Source: Gammaproteobacteria bacterium (GTDB taxonomy: Bacteria; Pseudomonadota; Gammaproteobacteria; Steroidobacterales; Rariloculaceae). Taken from it: DNA of 45,600 nucleotides. Of this stretch, positions 1 through 8,484 are shown in pieces; the first letter of the stretch is position 1, and every line of letters starts with the position of its first letter. The position numbers were made by a program, and so were the translations under genes. Location of the stretch: contig CAUZMW010000002.1 in assembly GCA_963581225.1 (NCBI GenBank), positions 1-45,600 on the forward strand. Reading direction: 5' to 3'. The notes beneath the pieces are model-generated. The model was given only the letters and a program-made list of their open reading frames with translations, made no database searches and was not told where the DNA came from.

Positions 1-285
1 ACTCTCATCGCGTAATCCCCTTGATGTGTTCTTTGATTATCGAACTCCAGCGGAGTCCGCACGAATACCGGGGGATTCTAACCGCCAGCCCGATATAAAT
101 GAAAACTACTTTGAGTTTAGCGGCGTTGGCGGCGCAGGTCCTCAAGAGTAGATTTGTCAGATCAGAGGCCCAGGCAAGATCACTGCGATAGGCAAGCCAA
201 TCGCCAGCAGAGCAACAAACAAGCGCACGACCCATGTTGCTATCATGGCGCCTCTTTTTTGGTTGTCAGCCGAGCGAGGGTTCAT

Positions 286-546
286 TTGAATAGCTCCAGA
301 GCGTTTTGCCGGAACACCGGGCCATGCGTGGCGATCACGATGGTGTTGCTCCTTTCGAGTGCTCATGCCCATCACTCCGACGCACCGCACTTTCATATGG
401 ATCAGAACGATCGTCACGAAGGTGTGATTACAGAATTTAAGTTCGTGAGCCCACACGGCTACATCTATTTCGATGAAACGTCTGCGGACGGTTCAGTCGA
501 ATCCTGGCGTTGCGAATTACGGCCGGGCGATCTAGTCGAGCACTAG
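286..546 (+). CDS. Short exported protein; truncated copy of the 'HHS...NPH' periplasmic domain family (DUF6152-like)
   Basis: Inside ORF 154..546. A TTG at 286 follows GAGGG (276-280). It gives a signal-like MNSSRAFCRNTGPCVAITMVLLLSSAHA, then HHSDAPHF...FVSPHGYIYF. This is colinear with the N-termini of the 8485..9513 and 32782..34950 products but stops after ~58 mature residues. Start choice is uncertain. Confidence 0.35.
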   Translation: MNSSRAFCRNTGPCVAITMVLLLSSAHAHHSDAPHFHMDQNDRHEGVITEFKFVSPHGYIYFDETSADGSVESWRCELRPGDLVEH

Positions 547-561
547 AGTCTTCGTCGATGC

Positions 562-1824
562 TCATCCGCTACCGGCGCCCTTGTAGCGCCGCAGCCGGAT
601 ATCGGCCTGTTCCTTGTGGCCCATGAAGCCCTCGAGGTCGCAGAGACGCGAGCAATACTCACCCACTTGAACGGACGCGGCTTCGGTAATCCTCTGGTAG
701 GTGCAGGTCTTGATGAACTTGCCGACCCAAAGCCCGCCGGTGTAACGAGCGGCCTTCCGTGTCGGTAGCGTGTGGTTGGTCCCGATTACTTTGTCTCCGT
801 ACGAGACGTTGGTTTCGGGGCCGAGAAACAGCGCGCCGTAGTTACTCATGTTCTGCAGGAAGTAATCGGGGTCCCGAGTCATCACCTGCACGTGCTCCGA
901 TGCGATCTCGTCGGCTATGCGAACCATTTCCTCGGCGTCGTCGCAGACGATGACCTGGCCGTAATCTGACCAGGCCTTGCCGGCGATATCCGCGGTGGGC
1001 AGGACCTGCAACTGACGATCGATCTCCGTCATCGTGTCTCGGGCCAGTTGTTCGGAGTCGGTCAGCAGGATGGCCGGAGACGTCGGTCCGTGCTCCGCCT
1101 GGCCCAGGAGGTCCGCAGCACACAGCTCGCCGTCGACACTGTCGTCCGCGATAACGAGTGTCTCAGTCGGGCCTGCCAGCAAGTCGATGCCCACTCTGCC
1201 GAACAGTTGCCGCTTGGCTTCGGCCACGTAGGCGTTTCCTGGGCCCACGATCATATCGACTGCAGCAATGCTATCCGTGCCGAGCGCCATGGCTGCAACG
1301 GCCTGCACACCGCCCAGGCAGTACATCTCGTCGGCACCGGCCAGGTCCATGGCGACGACGATGGCGGCGCTCACCCGGCCGTCATAAGGCGGCGCCGACG
1401 CGATGATTCTTTTGACGCCTGCCACTTTCGCCGTCACGACGCTCATGTGCGCGGAGGCGACCATCGGATATTTTCCTCCGGGCACGTAGCAACCGACGCT
1501 GTTGACGGGCAAGTTCTTGTGACCGAGCGTGACACCCGGCAGGGTCTCGATTTCTACGTCCAGCAACGCGTCTTTCTGGGCGCGAGCGAAGTTTCGAATC
1601 TGTTCCTGCGCAAATTTAATGTCACCGATAACCTGGTCGGACAGTTCTTCGTAGCAGCTGGCGATGTCGTCTGCGCTGAGTCGGAAGGAATCCGGAGACC
1701 ACTGGTCGAAACGCTCCGAGTAGTCTCGCAATGCGGCATCGCCGCGTGTGTCGACGTCGCTCAGTATCTGCTCGACTGTTTGGCGCACCTGATCGTCCCG
1801 ATCGGCAATCTCATCGGGAGGCAT
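562..1824 (-). CDS. Histidinol dehydrogenase-family NAD-dependent dehydrogenase (HisD/HpsN-like)
   Basis: ORF 562..1962 carries HisD hallmarks: [54 protein letters not shown]. Only two in-frame starts exist. ATG 1962 overlaps the upstream gene by 62 nt and gives an Arg/Cys-rich junk-like N-terminus. ATG 1824 (used here) has an SD-like GAGAGGA that sits too close to the start. No his-operon neighbours. Confidence 0.85.
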   Translation of the reverse strand: MPPDEIADRDDQVRQTVEQILSDVDTRGDAALRDYSERFDQWSPDSFRLSADDIASCYEELSDQVIGDIKFAQEQIRNFARAQKDALLDVEIETLPGVTLGHKNLPVNSVGCYVPGGKYPMVASAHMSVVTAKVAGVKRIIASAPPYDGRVSAAIVVAMDLAGADEMYCLGGVQAVAAMALGTDSIAAVDMIVGPGNAYVAEAKRQLFGRVGIDLLAGPTETLVIADDSVDGELCAADLLGQAEHGPTSPAILLTDSEQLARDTMTEIDRQLQVLPTADIAGKAWSDYGQVIVCDDAEEMVRIADEIASEHVQVMTRDPDYFLQNMSNYGALFLGPETNVSYGDKVIGTNHTLPTRKAARYTGGLWVGKFIKTCTYQRITEAASVQVGEYCSRLCDLEGFMGHKEQADIRLRRYKGAGSG

Positions 1825-1900
1825 TCCTCTCTTTAAGAAACGGGCGATATCAGTTAACTCCGGGCCGTCGTATGCTGCGTTCGAGAGTCGGGCGTGGCAT

Positions 1901-2767
1901 TCAGTTGGCCGGCATCGGCGGCAGCGACCGAAGATAGACGATGATCGCGTCCAAGTCCTCATCGCTGATACTCGCGTAGTACGGATACGCCATGCCCGGC
2001 AGGTGCTCGCGCCCGTCGCGGCTGATTCCCTGAGTGATGGCGCGCTTGATCTCAGCGTCCGTCCACGTCCCGATGCCGAGATCCGGATGGGGTGTCACAT
2101 TCCGCGAGATCACCGTGTGTCCGAGGCCGAACAGATCGGCGAACACGCGACCGCCTTCGTTGGTCCGTGTGAAGTCGTGCATGCCTTCGACCATCGGCGT
2201 GTGACATTCGATGCAGTGGCCAAGTGTGACCGCCACATAGGTGCCGTAGGCAAGCGGGTCGTCGCGCGATACATCTGCCACTTCGCCGACGGGCGGCCCG
2301 TAGGCGGGCGGCAGCGGGATGTTGTATTCGGATGCCGGGACCACATTAGAGACGGGTGCCAGGCTGCGCATATAAGCGACAACGGCGCGCATATCGCTGT
2401 CTGAGATGTCGCGGTAGAACGGGCTCGGCATCGGTGGGCCGATCAGCGTGCCGTCCGGTCGAAGCCCGTCGCGTACTGCACGGATAATCTCCGCGTCGCT
2501 CCAGGCGCCAATGCCCGTTTCTTCATCCATTGAGATATTCGACGCGTAGGCGACGATACCCGGCTCCTCGATGACGTAGCCGCCGGCGAATTTCAGTTTC
2601 TCGATCGCTACCGCGTCGGCCGATTTCGGCGTGTGGCAATTGCCGCAAGCGAGTATGCCCTCGACGAGATAGGTCCCACGGGCGAGAAGCGCGTCCTGAT
2701 CCTGGGCCGAGGAGATTGAACTAAGGCCGATCAGTAACGGTACGAATAGTGTGAGTGAGCAGCGCAT
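1901..2767 (-). CDS. Exported dihaem c-type cytochrome
   Basis: Signal peptide [23 protein letters not shown] and two CXXCH motifs (CGNCH, CIECH). The two halves are repeated, as in the cytochrome subunits of periplasmic dehydrogenases. Confidence 0.85.
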   Translation of the reverse strand: MRCSLTLFVPLLIGLSSISSAQDQDALLARGTYLVEGILACGNCHTPKSADAVAIEKLKFAGGYVIEEPGIVAYASNISMDEETGIGAWSDAEIIRAVRDGLRPDGTLIGPPMPSPFYRDISDSDMRAVVAYMRSLAPVSNVVPASEYNIPLPPAYGPPVGEVADVSRDDPLAYGTYVAVTLGHCIECHTPMVEGMHDFTRTNEGGRVFADLFGLGHTVISRNVTPHPDLGIGTWTDAEIKRAITQGISRDGREHLPGMAYPYYASISDEDLDAIIVYLRSLPPMPAN

Positions 2768-2849
2768 GGGGCCCCCCCCGTCTGACTTTGATCAATACTA
2801 ACGAGGGCCGGGCGCCGAGGCCACCACCCGGCAGGGCCGAGACGACAGG

Positions 2850-2885
2850 CAAAGAAAAACCGGCTCACGCTAGATGCGAGCCGGT
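2850..2885 (-). terminator. Rho-independent terminator after the ASST-like lipoprotein gene
   Basis: On the minus strand: AACCGGCTC - 11-nt loop - GAGCCGGTT, followed by TTTCTTT. The 9-bp perfect stem lies at 2857-2865 and 2877-2885, 29 nt past the stop at 2914. Confidence 0.6.
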
Positions 2886-2913
2886 TGATCCGTAATGCGG
2901 ATACCGCGGGTGA

Positions 2914-4590
2914 CTACGGGTAGATGCTCGGGAGCCGGTCCGCGCGATAGATCGACCAGTTCGAGTCATCGGCCTGGAGACGCATCTCCCAAACCTTCTG
3001 CGCCGGCTGATCGTGCGTTACTTCGATCAGACTGGCCCAACGCTGCGTGCCCATTCCCGGCGGGGCGTTCTGACCGTCGGCATTAGTCTCCCGGCCGCCA
3101 ACATTGATCAGGATATTGTCGGTTTGTGGCTGCCAGTCGACATCGCCCAGATACCGTCCATAGAAAGGTTCGTCATCCGGGCCGTAGACCCAGAGCTGCG
3201 ACACTTCCATCGTCTCTTCGTTGACCGAGTACTCGACGGCGCGACTATAGCTGTCCTCGAGCGACATCCTGGCGTCAGGCGGACTGGAGCGCGCGCCGCC
3301 GTTGTCGAACAACAGGTAGGTGCCGTTCTCGGTGTGCGAGATCGCGTGATGCTTATAAGACCATTCGACATCGCCTACGGGTGTCAGAAGTTTGTCGCTC
3401 CAAGGCGCGTCCCAGTTGTCCGGGTTGCCCAGAATCCAAACGAGTTCGCCCGTGTCCATGCTGATCTTGACCACGGCGTCCTGATAGGGTATCGATATTA
3501 CGAAAGAGTTGTCTTCTTCGTAGATAATCGCATTGCCGTGGGTCCAGTCGTAGACGGCGCCATCGATGACGCCGTCGTAGTGGTTCGCCCAGAAGTCCTC
3601 CCGCCGGGAGTTGTAGCCCAAACGGTACGGATCGATGATGTCGTGAAGTTTCCATTCGCGCAGTACGTCGCCGGCGCGTGTCATTTCAATGATGACGTCG
3701 CCGATGACATTCGCCTGCTGAGTTTGCCCGTCGAGTTCATAATTCGCGGGCCAGTCGTCGATCACGCGACTCTCCGTACTCATCAGCAGGAAATTGCCGT
3801 TCGGTAGTTCGACGTAATCATGATGGAAGGTGTCGGTCGCGACCGGAATGCTGCCGTCGTGAACCTCTTTCACGGTGCCGGAGAACTGCCATTGGTTGAT
3901 GACGTTCCCAAGCATATCGATTTCGAGCATGCCGTCTGTGCCGGGCCACACTTCGTAGGCGAAATTGCCGTTCGAAAGCCGGCGGATGTCGTGAACACGA
4001 TGCACGCCGGACAGGTAGTACCAGATGATCTCGCCAGCATCGTCGACGATGATCGCCGGCGAGAAGTTAGCGGGTTCCGACGCGCCGGTTGGTCCCCAAC
4101 GACCGTTGACGTTAAACACCGTGACGCCGGGCTCCATCGCGTCGGGGTTGTGGACGGTAACTACCGGTGTTGGAAATGCGTCCGGCAGCGGTGGTGTCTC
4201 GAACGTCAGTCCCTCTGAGAGCGTTTCGTTACCGTCGGCATCCTGTAGAGAGGCGGTTATCGTATGCACGCGGCCCGCGCGCAGCCCGATCACCGGCACC
4301 TCATGTTGTGTCGCCATCTCATCATTAGGCGTCACGCTCCAGCTCCGATCGCCGTCGTTAATATTGAGGGTCAGCTCCGAAGGCTCATCGGTCGTCAGAC
4401 TCAAGATGGCCGCGAGAGGTACCGTCGGATTCGGGTTCCCGATCAGACTGACATTGCTGAGCACCGGACCGGCCATGTCAGCAACGGGTGCCGTCGCATC
4501 GCCGCCACTGTCGGGCGCGGTATCGCAGCCGACGAGCAGTAAGGACGAGATCGCTGCTGCGGAGAAGAGAGAATAAGCTTTGCGTGTCAT
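2914..4590 (-). CDS. Arylsulfotransferase (ASST)-family beta-propeller lipoprotein
   Basis: ORF 2914..4611. ATG 4590 is preferred because AGGAG lies 7 nt upstream. Lipobox LLLVGC. N-terminal Ig-like region, then ASST-like motifs TFHHDYVELPNGNFLL, WTHGNAI, LLFDNGG. Confidence 0.65.
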   Translation of the reverse strand: MTRKAYSLFSAAAISSLLLVGCDTAPDSGGDATAPVADMAGPVLSNVSLIGNPNPTVPLAAILSLTTDEPSELTLNINDGDRSWSVTPNDEMATQHEVPVIGLRAGRVHTITASLQDADGNETLSEGLTFETPPLPDAFPTPVVTVHNPDAMEPGVTVFNVNGRWGPTGASEPANFSPAIIVDDAGEIIWYYLSGVHRVHDIRRLSNGNFAYEVWPGTDGMLEIDMLGNVINQWQFSGTVKEVHDGSIPVATDTFHHDYVELPNGNFLLMSTESRVIDDWPANYELDGQTQQANVIGDVIIEMTRAGDVLREWKLHDIIDPYRLGYNSRREDFWANHYDGVIDGAVYDWTHGNAIIYEEDNSFVISIPYQDAVVKISMDTGELVWILGNPDNWDAPWSDKLLTPVGDVEWSYKHHAISHTENGTYLLFDNGGARSSPPDARMSLEDSYSRAVEYSVNEETMEVSQLWVYGPDDEPFYGRYLGDVDWQPQTDNILINVGGRETNADGQNAPPGMGTQRWASLIEVTHDQPAQKVWEMRLQADDSNWSIYRADRLPSIYP

Positions 4591-4723
4591 GATCGAACTC
4601 CTGAGAGGCAAGATTGAAGTGAAGCGGTGCTCTCTTTACTGGGTCTGACAGGCGCCCGCGACGGAGGCTGCGGCCGGTGGGCCGGGCGCCCGGCGACTAC
4701 CCTGTGGGTCGCGCGAGAGACTC

Positions 4724-4775
4724 TTGCTAGTATATTCTTTGCTTAGAATTATCGTTATTTCTTTATTCTAGGCTT
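4724..4775 (+). promoter_or_regulatory. AT-rich block with a sigma70-like promoter candidate between the divergent ASST-like genes
   Basis: TTGCTA (4724-4729), 17-nt spacer, AATTAT (4747-4752). Repeated ATTCTTT/ATTTCTTTATTCT and inverted ATTCT..AGAAT lie within an otherwise GC-rich 333-bp divergent region. Sequence-only guess. Confidence 0.25.
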
Positions 4776-4923
4776 CGTTTCGTCCTCGGCATGGTAGGCT
4801 TTGGCTCCGGTTCCAAGCGCTGAGTTAACTAACTTAGAAGACGCGTCGGCCGGTTTCTTGTTGCAGTCAGTCTATCATGGCGAGCCTGCGTTACGGCCGA
4901 TACGAAAGAGTAAGGGGTCATCC

Positions 4924-6516
4924 ATGTTTGTTTCTAGATGCGCTAGCTTGTTCGCGATTATCCTCATCGTCGGAGCCGGTTTTGGCGCACGCGCTTACGA
5001 AGTCTTTCAGGGTCCGACCGAGCTGATCCAGTACGATCCGGCGAAAGCGGCATCAGGTTATACGATCTTCAGCCCGTTCCGCGGCCAGAATACCTATCTG
5101 ATCGACATGCACGGCGAAGTCGTGCACTACTGGCCGTACCCGGAAGGCTGGAGTATCTCCGGGTCCGAAGCAATCGAAAAGCATGCCCGCATGCTCGAAG
5201 ACGGAACGCTGTTGCGCGGTGTGGTCGACAAAGCCAACCGTGGCGGTATGAGCGGAGCGAGATATCAACTAGTGGACTGGGACGGCGGAGTGATCTGGGA
5301 GCAGGGTGATGAGCGCCCCGACGTCTCACCGCACCACGACTTTCGCATGATCTGGAATCCAGAACTCGAAGAGCGAACATTGTTGTACGCCGCGACGATG
5401 TCGATTACGCATGACGAAGCCATCGCCGCGGGCGTCAACCCGAAAGGCTCGGACGATATCTCCTCGAATCCGGATGGTATGGTCGAAATCGATATGGACG
5501 GCAACGTCATCTGGGAGTGGAACATCAGCGATCATACGATTCAGGATGTCGCTCCACAGCTAGGTAACTATGGCGTCGTCGCCGACAATCCGGGCAAAAT
5601 GGATCCCAACTTCGGTGGTGGGGTCAGCGGTGATTGGATTCATATCAACAGTTTCGATTACAACGCCGTACTCGACCAGATCATCATCAACAATTCCGCG
5701 TTCAGCGAGTCCTATGTCGTCGATCATGGTGCGACGTTCGTGCCAGACGATCCGGAGGAGAGTATCGCTCTGGCCGCGAGCGACGCAGGCGACTTCATCT
5801 TTCGCTGGGGTAACCCTTGTGTGTACGATTCCGGGGACTGTCCTTCCTCGACTAATGAGGGCCAAGCCAGTACCAACGGCCATCAGCAAGTTTTCTTCTC
5901 CCACGACATTCAATGGATTCGCGATCGCGAAGTCGGGCCGGAGATCGGCGATCTGCCGGGCGCCGGGAACTTCCTGATTTTCGATAACGGTGCACGCCGC
6001 TTAGGGCAGACGTTCTCCTCGATCATTGAGTTCAACCCGTACGATGGACCGATGGAAGATGGCCGTTATATCTCGGAGGTAGATGGCGGCTTTAACGTTC
6101 CTAGCGGCGGTATGGGAATGGGCATGGCTCCCGGCGCGGCCGATATCACCTCTAAACAGATCGTCTGGAGCTACCGACCGCCGGTACCCGCCGCGCTCTA
6201 CAGCAGTTACATCTCGGGTGCGCAGCGGCTTTCCAACGGTAATACGCTTGTTTGTTCCGGCGGCCACGGCCATTTCTTCGAGGTCACGCCCGACGGCGAG
6301 GTCGTTTGGGAATACGTCAACCCGGTAGGCGATCGTACCGGTGGCGATTACGCGATCTACACGACGATGACGCAGGACGCCGCAGAGCGCGTGAACTCCA
6401 CCTTCAAGTGCGCTCGCTATGAACTAGACTATCCTGGTCTTCAGGGTAAGGATCTGACGCCGATGGGGCAGGTCACGGAGATTCACAGAACCGAGGTGGA
6501 CAGGCCGCCACGGTAG
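4924..6516 (+). CDS. Exported arylsulfotransferase-like beta-propeller protein
   Basis: ORF 4801..6516. ATG 4924 follows AAGGGG and yields the signal/anchor MFVSRCASLFAIILIVGAGFGARA. Motifs HHDFRMIWNPE, DWIHINSFDYN, FLIFDNGARR, NGNTLVCSG are typical of ASST-type propellers. Confidence 0.6.
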   Translation: MFVSRCASLFAIILIVGAGFGARAYEVFQGPTELIQYDPAKAASGYTIFSPFRGQNTYLIDMHGEVVHYWPYPEGWSISGSEAIEKHARMLEDGTLLRGVVDKANRGGMSGARYQLVDWDGGVIWEQGDERPDVSPHHDFRMIWNPELEERTLLYAATMSITHDEAIAAGVNPKGSDDISSNPDGMVEIDMDGNVIWEWNISDHTIQDVAPQLGNYGVVADNPGKMDPNFGGGVSGDWIHINSFDYNAVLDQIIINNSAFSESYVVDHGATFVPDDPEESIALAASDAGDFIFRWGNPCVYDSGDCPSSTNEGQASTNGHQQVFFSHDIQWIRDREVGPEIGDLPGAGNFLIFDNGARRLGQTFSSIIEFNPYDGPMEDGRYISEVDGGFNVPSGGMGMGMAPGAADITSKQIVWSYRPPVPAALYSSYISGAQRLSNGNTLVCSGGHGHFFEVTPDGEVVWEYVNPVGDRTGGDYAIYTTMTQDAAERVNSTFKCARYELDYPGLQGKDLTPMGQVTEIHRTEVDRPPR

Positions 6517-6537
6517 CTCACCAGCAGGCAATCGATA

Positions 6538-7485
6538 ATGAACCGCATAACAATGATGACCTTGCTGACGCTTTCCGGCATTGTATCGACAGCGAACGCA
6601 CAATCCTGGCAGCCACCATCCGAAGAGGACCGCTGCCCGTCTAAGTGGGGAGTCGGTGACGAGCGCGGTTCGGGTAACCATATGGGGCCCGCTTCCGTGT
6701 TACGGGCGACGCAATTGATACGCCGCGGCGAAGTCATCGAACTCGGACACGTGTTGCACGCGGAGATACCGCTTGGTACCCGCCATTTCGATCTCTACCC
6801 CAAGCCGACGGCGATGAACTCTCAAAGCAATCGCAGGGGTTCGAACGAGGAACTCGTCGTTACGGAACTCGGCCAGGTGGGTACGCAGATCGATGGCTTC
6901 AGTCACCAGTCGATCGGTAACTCGCTCTACAACTGTTTTCACGTCGACGAGACGCAGACGCGAGCGGGATTCACGCGGCTCGGCATAGAGAATGTGGGCA
7001 CGCTCATGACGCGCGGTGTGCTGCTCGATATCGCCAAGCTCAAGGGCGTGGATATGCTGCCCGAGGATTATGAAATTACGACGGAAGATCTCCAGCAGGC
7101 ATTAAGCCGCGAAGAGTTGACATTGGAGCCCGGCGACGCCGTGATCATCAATACCGGTTGGGGGCGACTCTGGGAACGCGATGTCCCGCGGTTCCTCGGT
7201 CCGGCTCCAGGTATCGGAGTAGCCGCCGCGCAATGGCTCGTCACGCAAGACCCGATGATTGTGGGTGCCGACAATCAGCCTGTCGAGATTCAACCGAATC
7301 CCGACCCGGCGCTGTCGCTGCCAGTTCATCAAATCATGCTCGTGGTCAACGGGATCCATATATTGGAAAGAATGAGGCTCGAAGAGCTTGCTGCACAGGA
7401 AGTGTACGAATTCGCTTTGATCATCCAGCCGTTGAAGATTCAGGGGGCGACGGGAGCGTCGGTTGCGCCCGTGGCAATGTTCTGA
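6538..7485 (+). CDS. Exported cyclase-family protein (kynurenine formamidase-like fold)
   Basis: Signal peptide MNRITMMTLLTLSGIVSTANA. Cyclase-family core QVGTQIDGFSH (nt 6874-6906) aligns to the HxGTHxDxxxH motif. N-terminal WGxxDxxGxxN region is present. Confidence 0.75.
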   Translation: MNRITMMTLLTLSGIVSTANAQSWQPPSEEDRCPSKWGVGDERGSGNHMGPASVLRATQLIRRGEVIELGHVLHAEIPLGTRHFDLYPKPTAMNSQSNRRGSNEELVVTELGQVGTQIDGFSHQSIGNSLYNCFHVDETQTRAGFTRLGIENVGTLMTRGVLLDIAKLKGVDMLPEDYEITTEDLQQALSREELTLEPGDAVIINTGWGRLWERDVPRFLGPAPGIGVAAAQWLVTQDPMIVGADNQPVEIQPNPDPALSLPVHQIMLVVNGIHILERMRLEELAAQEVYEFALIIQPLKIQGATGASVAPVAMF

Positions 7486-7492
7486 TCGCCGA

Positions 7493-8476
7493 CTACGGAC
7501 TGAACGGTACGACCTTCACCGTGTCGCCGATCTCGAAACGCATCAGATCGTCGCCGGTCTGTAGCGGGCCCGAGTAAGTGGTCCGTGTGCGTTCCACTAC
7601 CCTTTCGATTGTGACTTCCGGCGCCCGGGGCGCGCTCAATAAGACGTAGTGCGTGTACACCGCGAGCTTGGGCGCGGCGCGCGTGAAAACGATTCCGGCT
7701 TCCTCGGGCGTCGTATGATGGTCGAGAATAAACTGCATGCGCTGATCGAAATTCAGAATCTCTTCGTTCGCGGCGGCGACTTCGTGGATCAAGACGTCGA
7801 CACCTTCGGAGATTTCGATCAGGTTCTCATCGAACTTCGTGTCTCCAGAAATCACGACCGAACGCCCGGCGTAGTCAATGCGATAATCGAATGACGGCTT
7901 GATGTACTCACCGTGATCGACGGAAAAAGCCGTGACGACAATGCCGTCTTCGTCGAAAACGACGCCGTCGTCCGAGAACTCATGCACTTCGAATTCGGCG
8001 CCGGCAGGAGGGAGTTGCTCATCGATAATGCGGGTCTGGATATTAGGGTCCATCGCCTGCCGGAGTCCGTCGAGAATGCCTTCTATTCCGGTCGGCCCCC
8101 AGACCCGCCACGGCGCGCTTCTGCGGCCGAACGGATTCGGCAGCCAACCCGTCATCCAGACGTCCGTCAAACCGTTTAGATGGTCATGGTGGAAATGCGT
8201 GATGAAAAGTTCGTCGATATCGCCCAAGGCGATGCCAAGTTGCCCGAGGCGTTGAGCAGCGCCGCGGCCGGCGTCGAACAGCATGCGATGCTCGCCGGCC
8301 TCTACGAGCGTCGCCGGACCGAACCGGTCTAGACGCGGGATCGGGTCGCCGGTGCCGAGTAGCGTCACGTTAAGCGTTTGGCTTTGAGCGGTCGGCAGCC
8401 ACAAGAAAATCGCGAGCAATGCGCTCACCGCCAATCTCGGTGCGCGGCAAGCCCGCGGGTCGTATAAGCTAATCAT
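7493..8476 (-). CDS. Exported MBL-fold metallohydrolase (RNase Z/AtsA-like size class)
   Basis: Signal-like N-terminus ...LAVSALLAIFLWLPTAQSQ. HxHxDH motif in ITHFHHDHL. 327 aa. AGGA lies before the ATG, which is 8 nt after the upstream gene's stop, so the two are probably co-transcribed. Confidence 0.8.
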   Translation of the reverse strand: MISLYDPRACRAPRLAVSALLAIFLWLPTAQSQTLNVTLLGTGDPIPRLDRFGPATLVEAGEHRMLFDAGRGAAQRLGQLGIALGDIDELFITHFHHDHLNGLTDVWMTGWLPNPFGRRSAPWRVWGPTGIEGILDGLRQAMDPNIQTRIIDEQLPPAGAEFEVHEFSDDGVVFDEDGIVVTAFSVDHGEYIKPSFDYRIDYAGRSVVISGDTKFDENLIEISEGVDVLIHEVAAANEEILNFDQRMQFILDHHTTPEEAGIVFTRAAPKLAVYTHYVLLSAPRAPEVTIERVVERTRTTYSGPLQTGDDLMRFEIGDTVKVVPFSP

Positions 8477-8484
8477 GGATATCC

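Noticed and set aside
2-151. Open frame entering from the left window edge (...NPLDVFFDYRTPAESARIPGDSNRQPDINENYFEFSGVGGAGPQE*)
   Set aside because: Only ~50 codons are visible, in an AT-richer stretch with no motif, so it cannot be told apart from non-coding sequence. I also checked GGAGTTCGATAATC on the minus strand for a tRNA T-arm and found no complementary stem.
1048-1836. 262-aa plus-strand ORF. The same reasoning applies to 3013..3807 (+), 12739..13464 (-), 23620..24456 (-), 12309..12977 (+) and 20691..21287 (+).
   Set aside because: All are antisense or out-of-frame shadows of genes with unambiguous family motifs (hisD-like, ASST-like, GFO, tctC, PEP-utilising enzyme).
2915-2924. ACGGGTAGAT 10-mer shared with the 42839 promoter repeat
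   Set aside because: It lies inside the ASST-like coding sequence (C-terminal ...SIYP*). A single 10-mer match is expected by chance in 45 kb.
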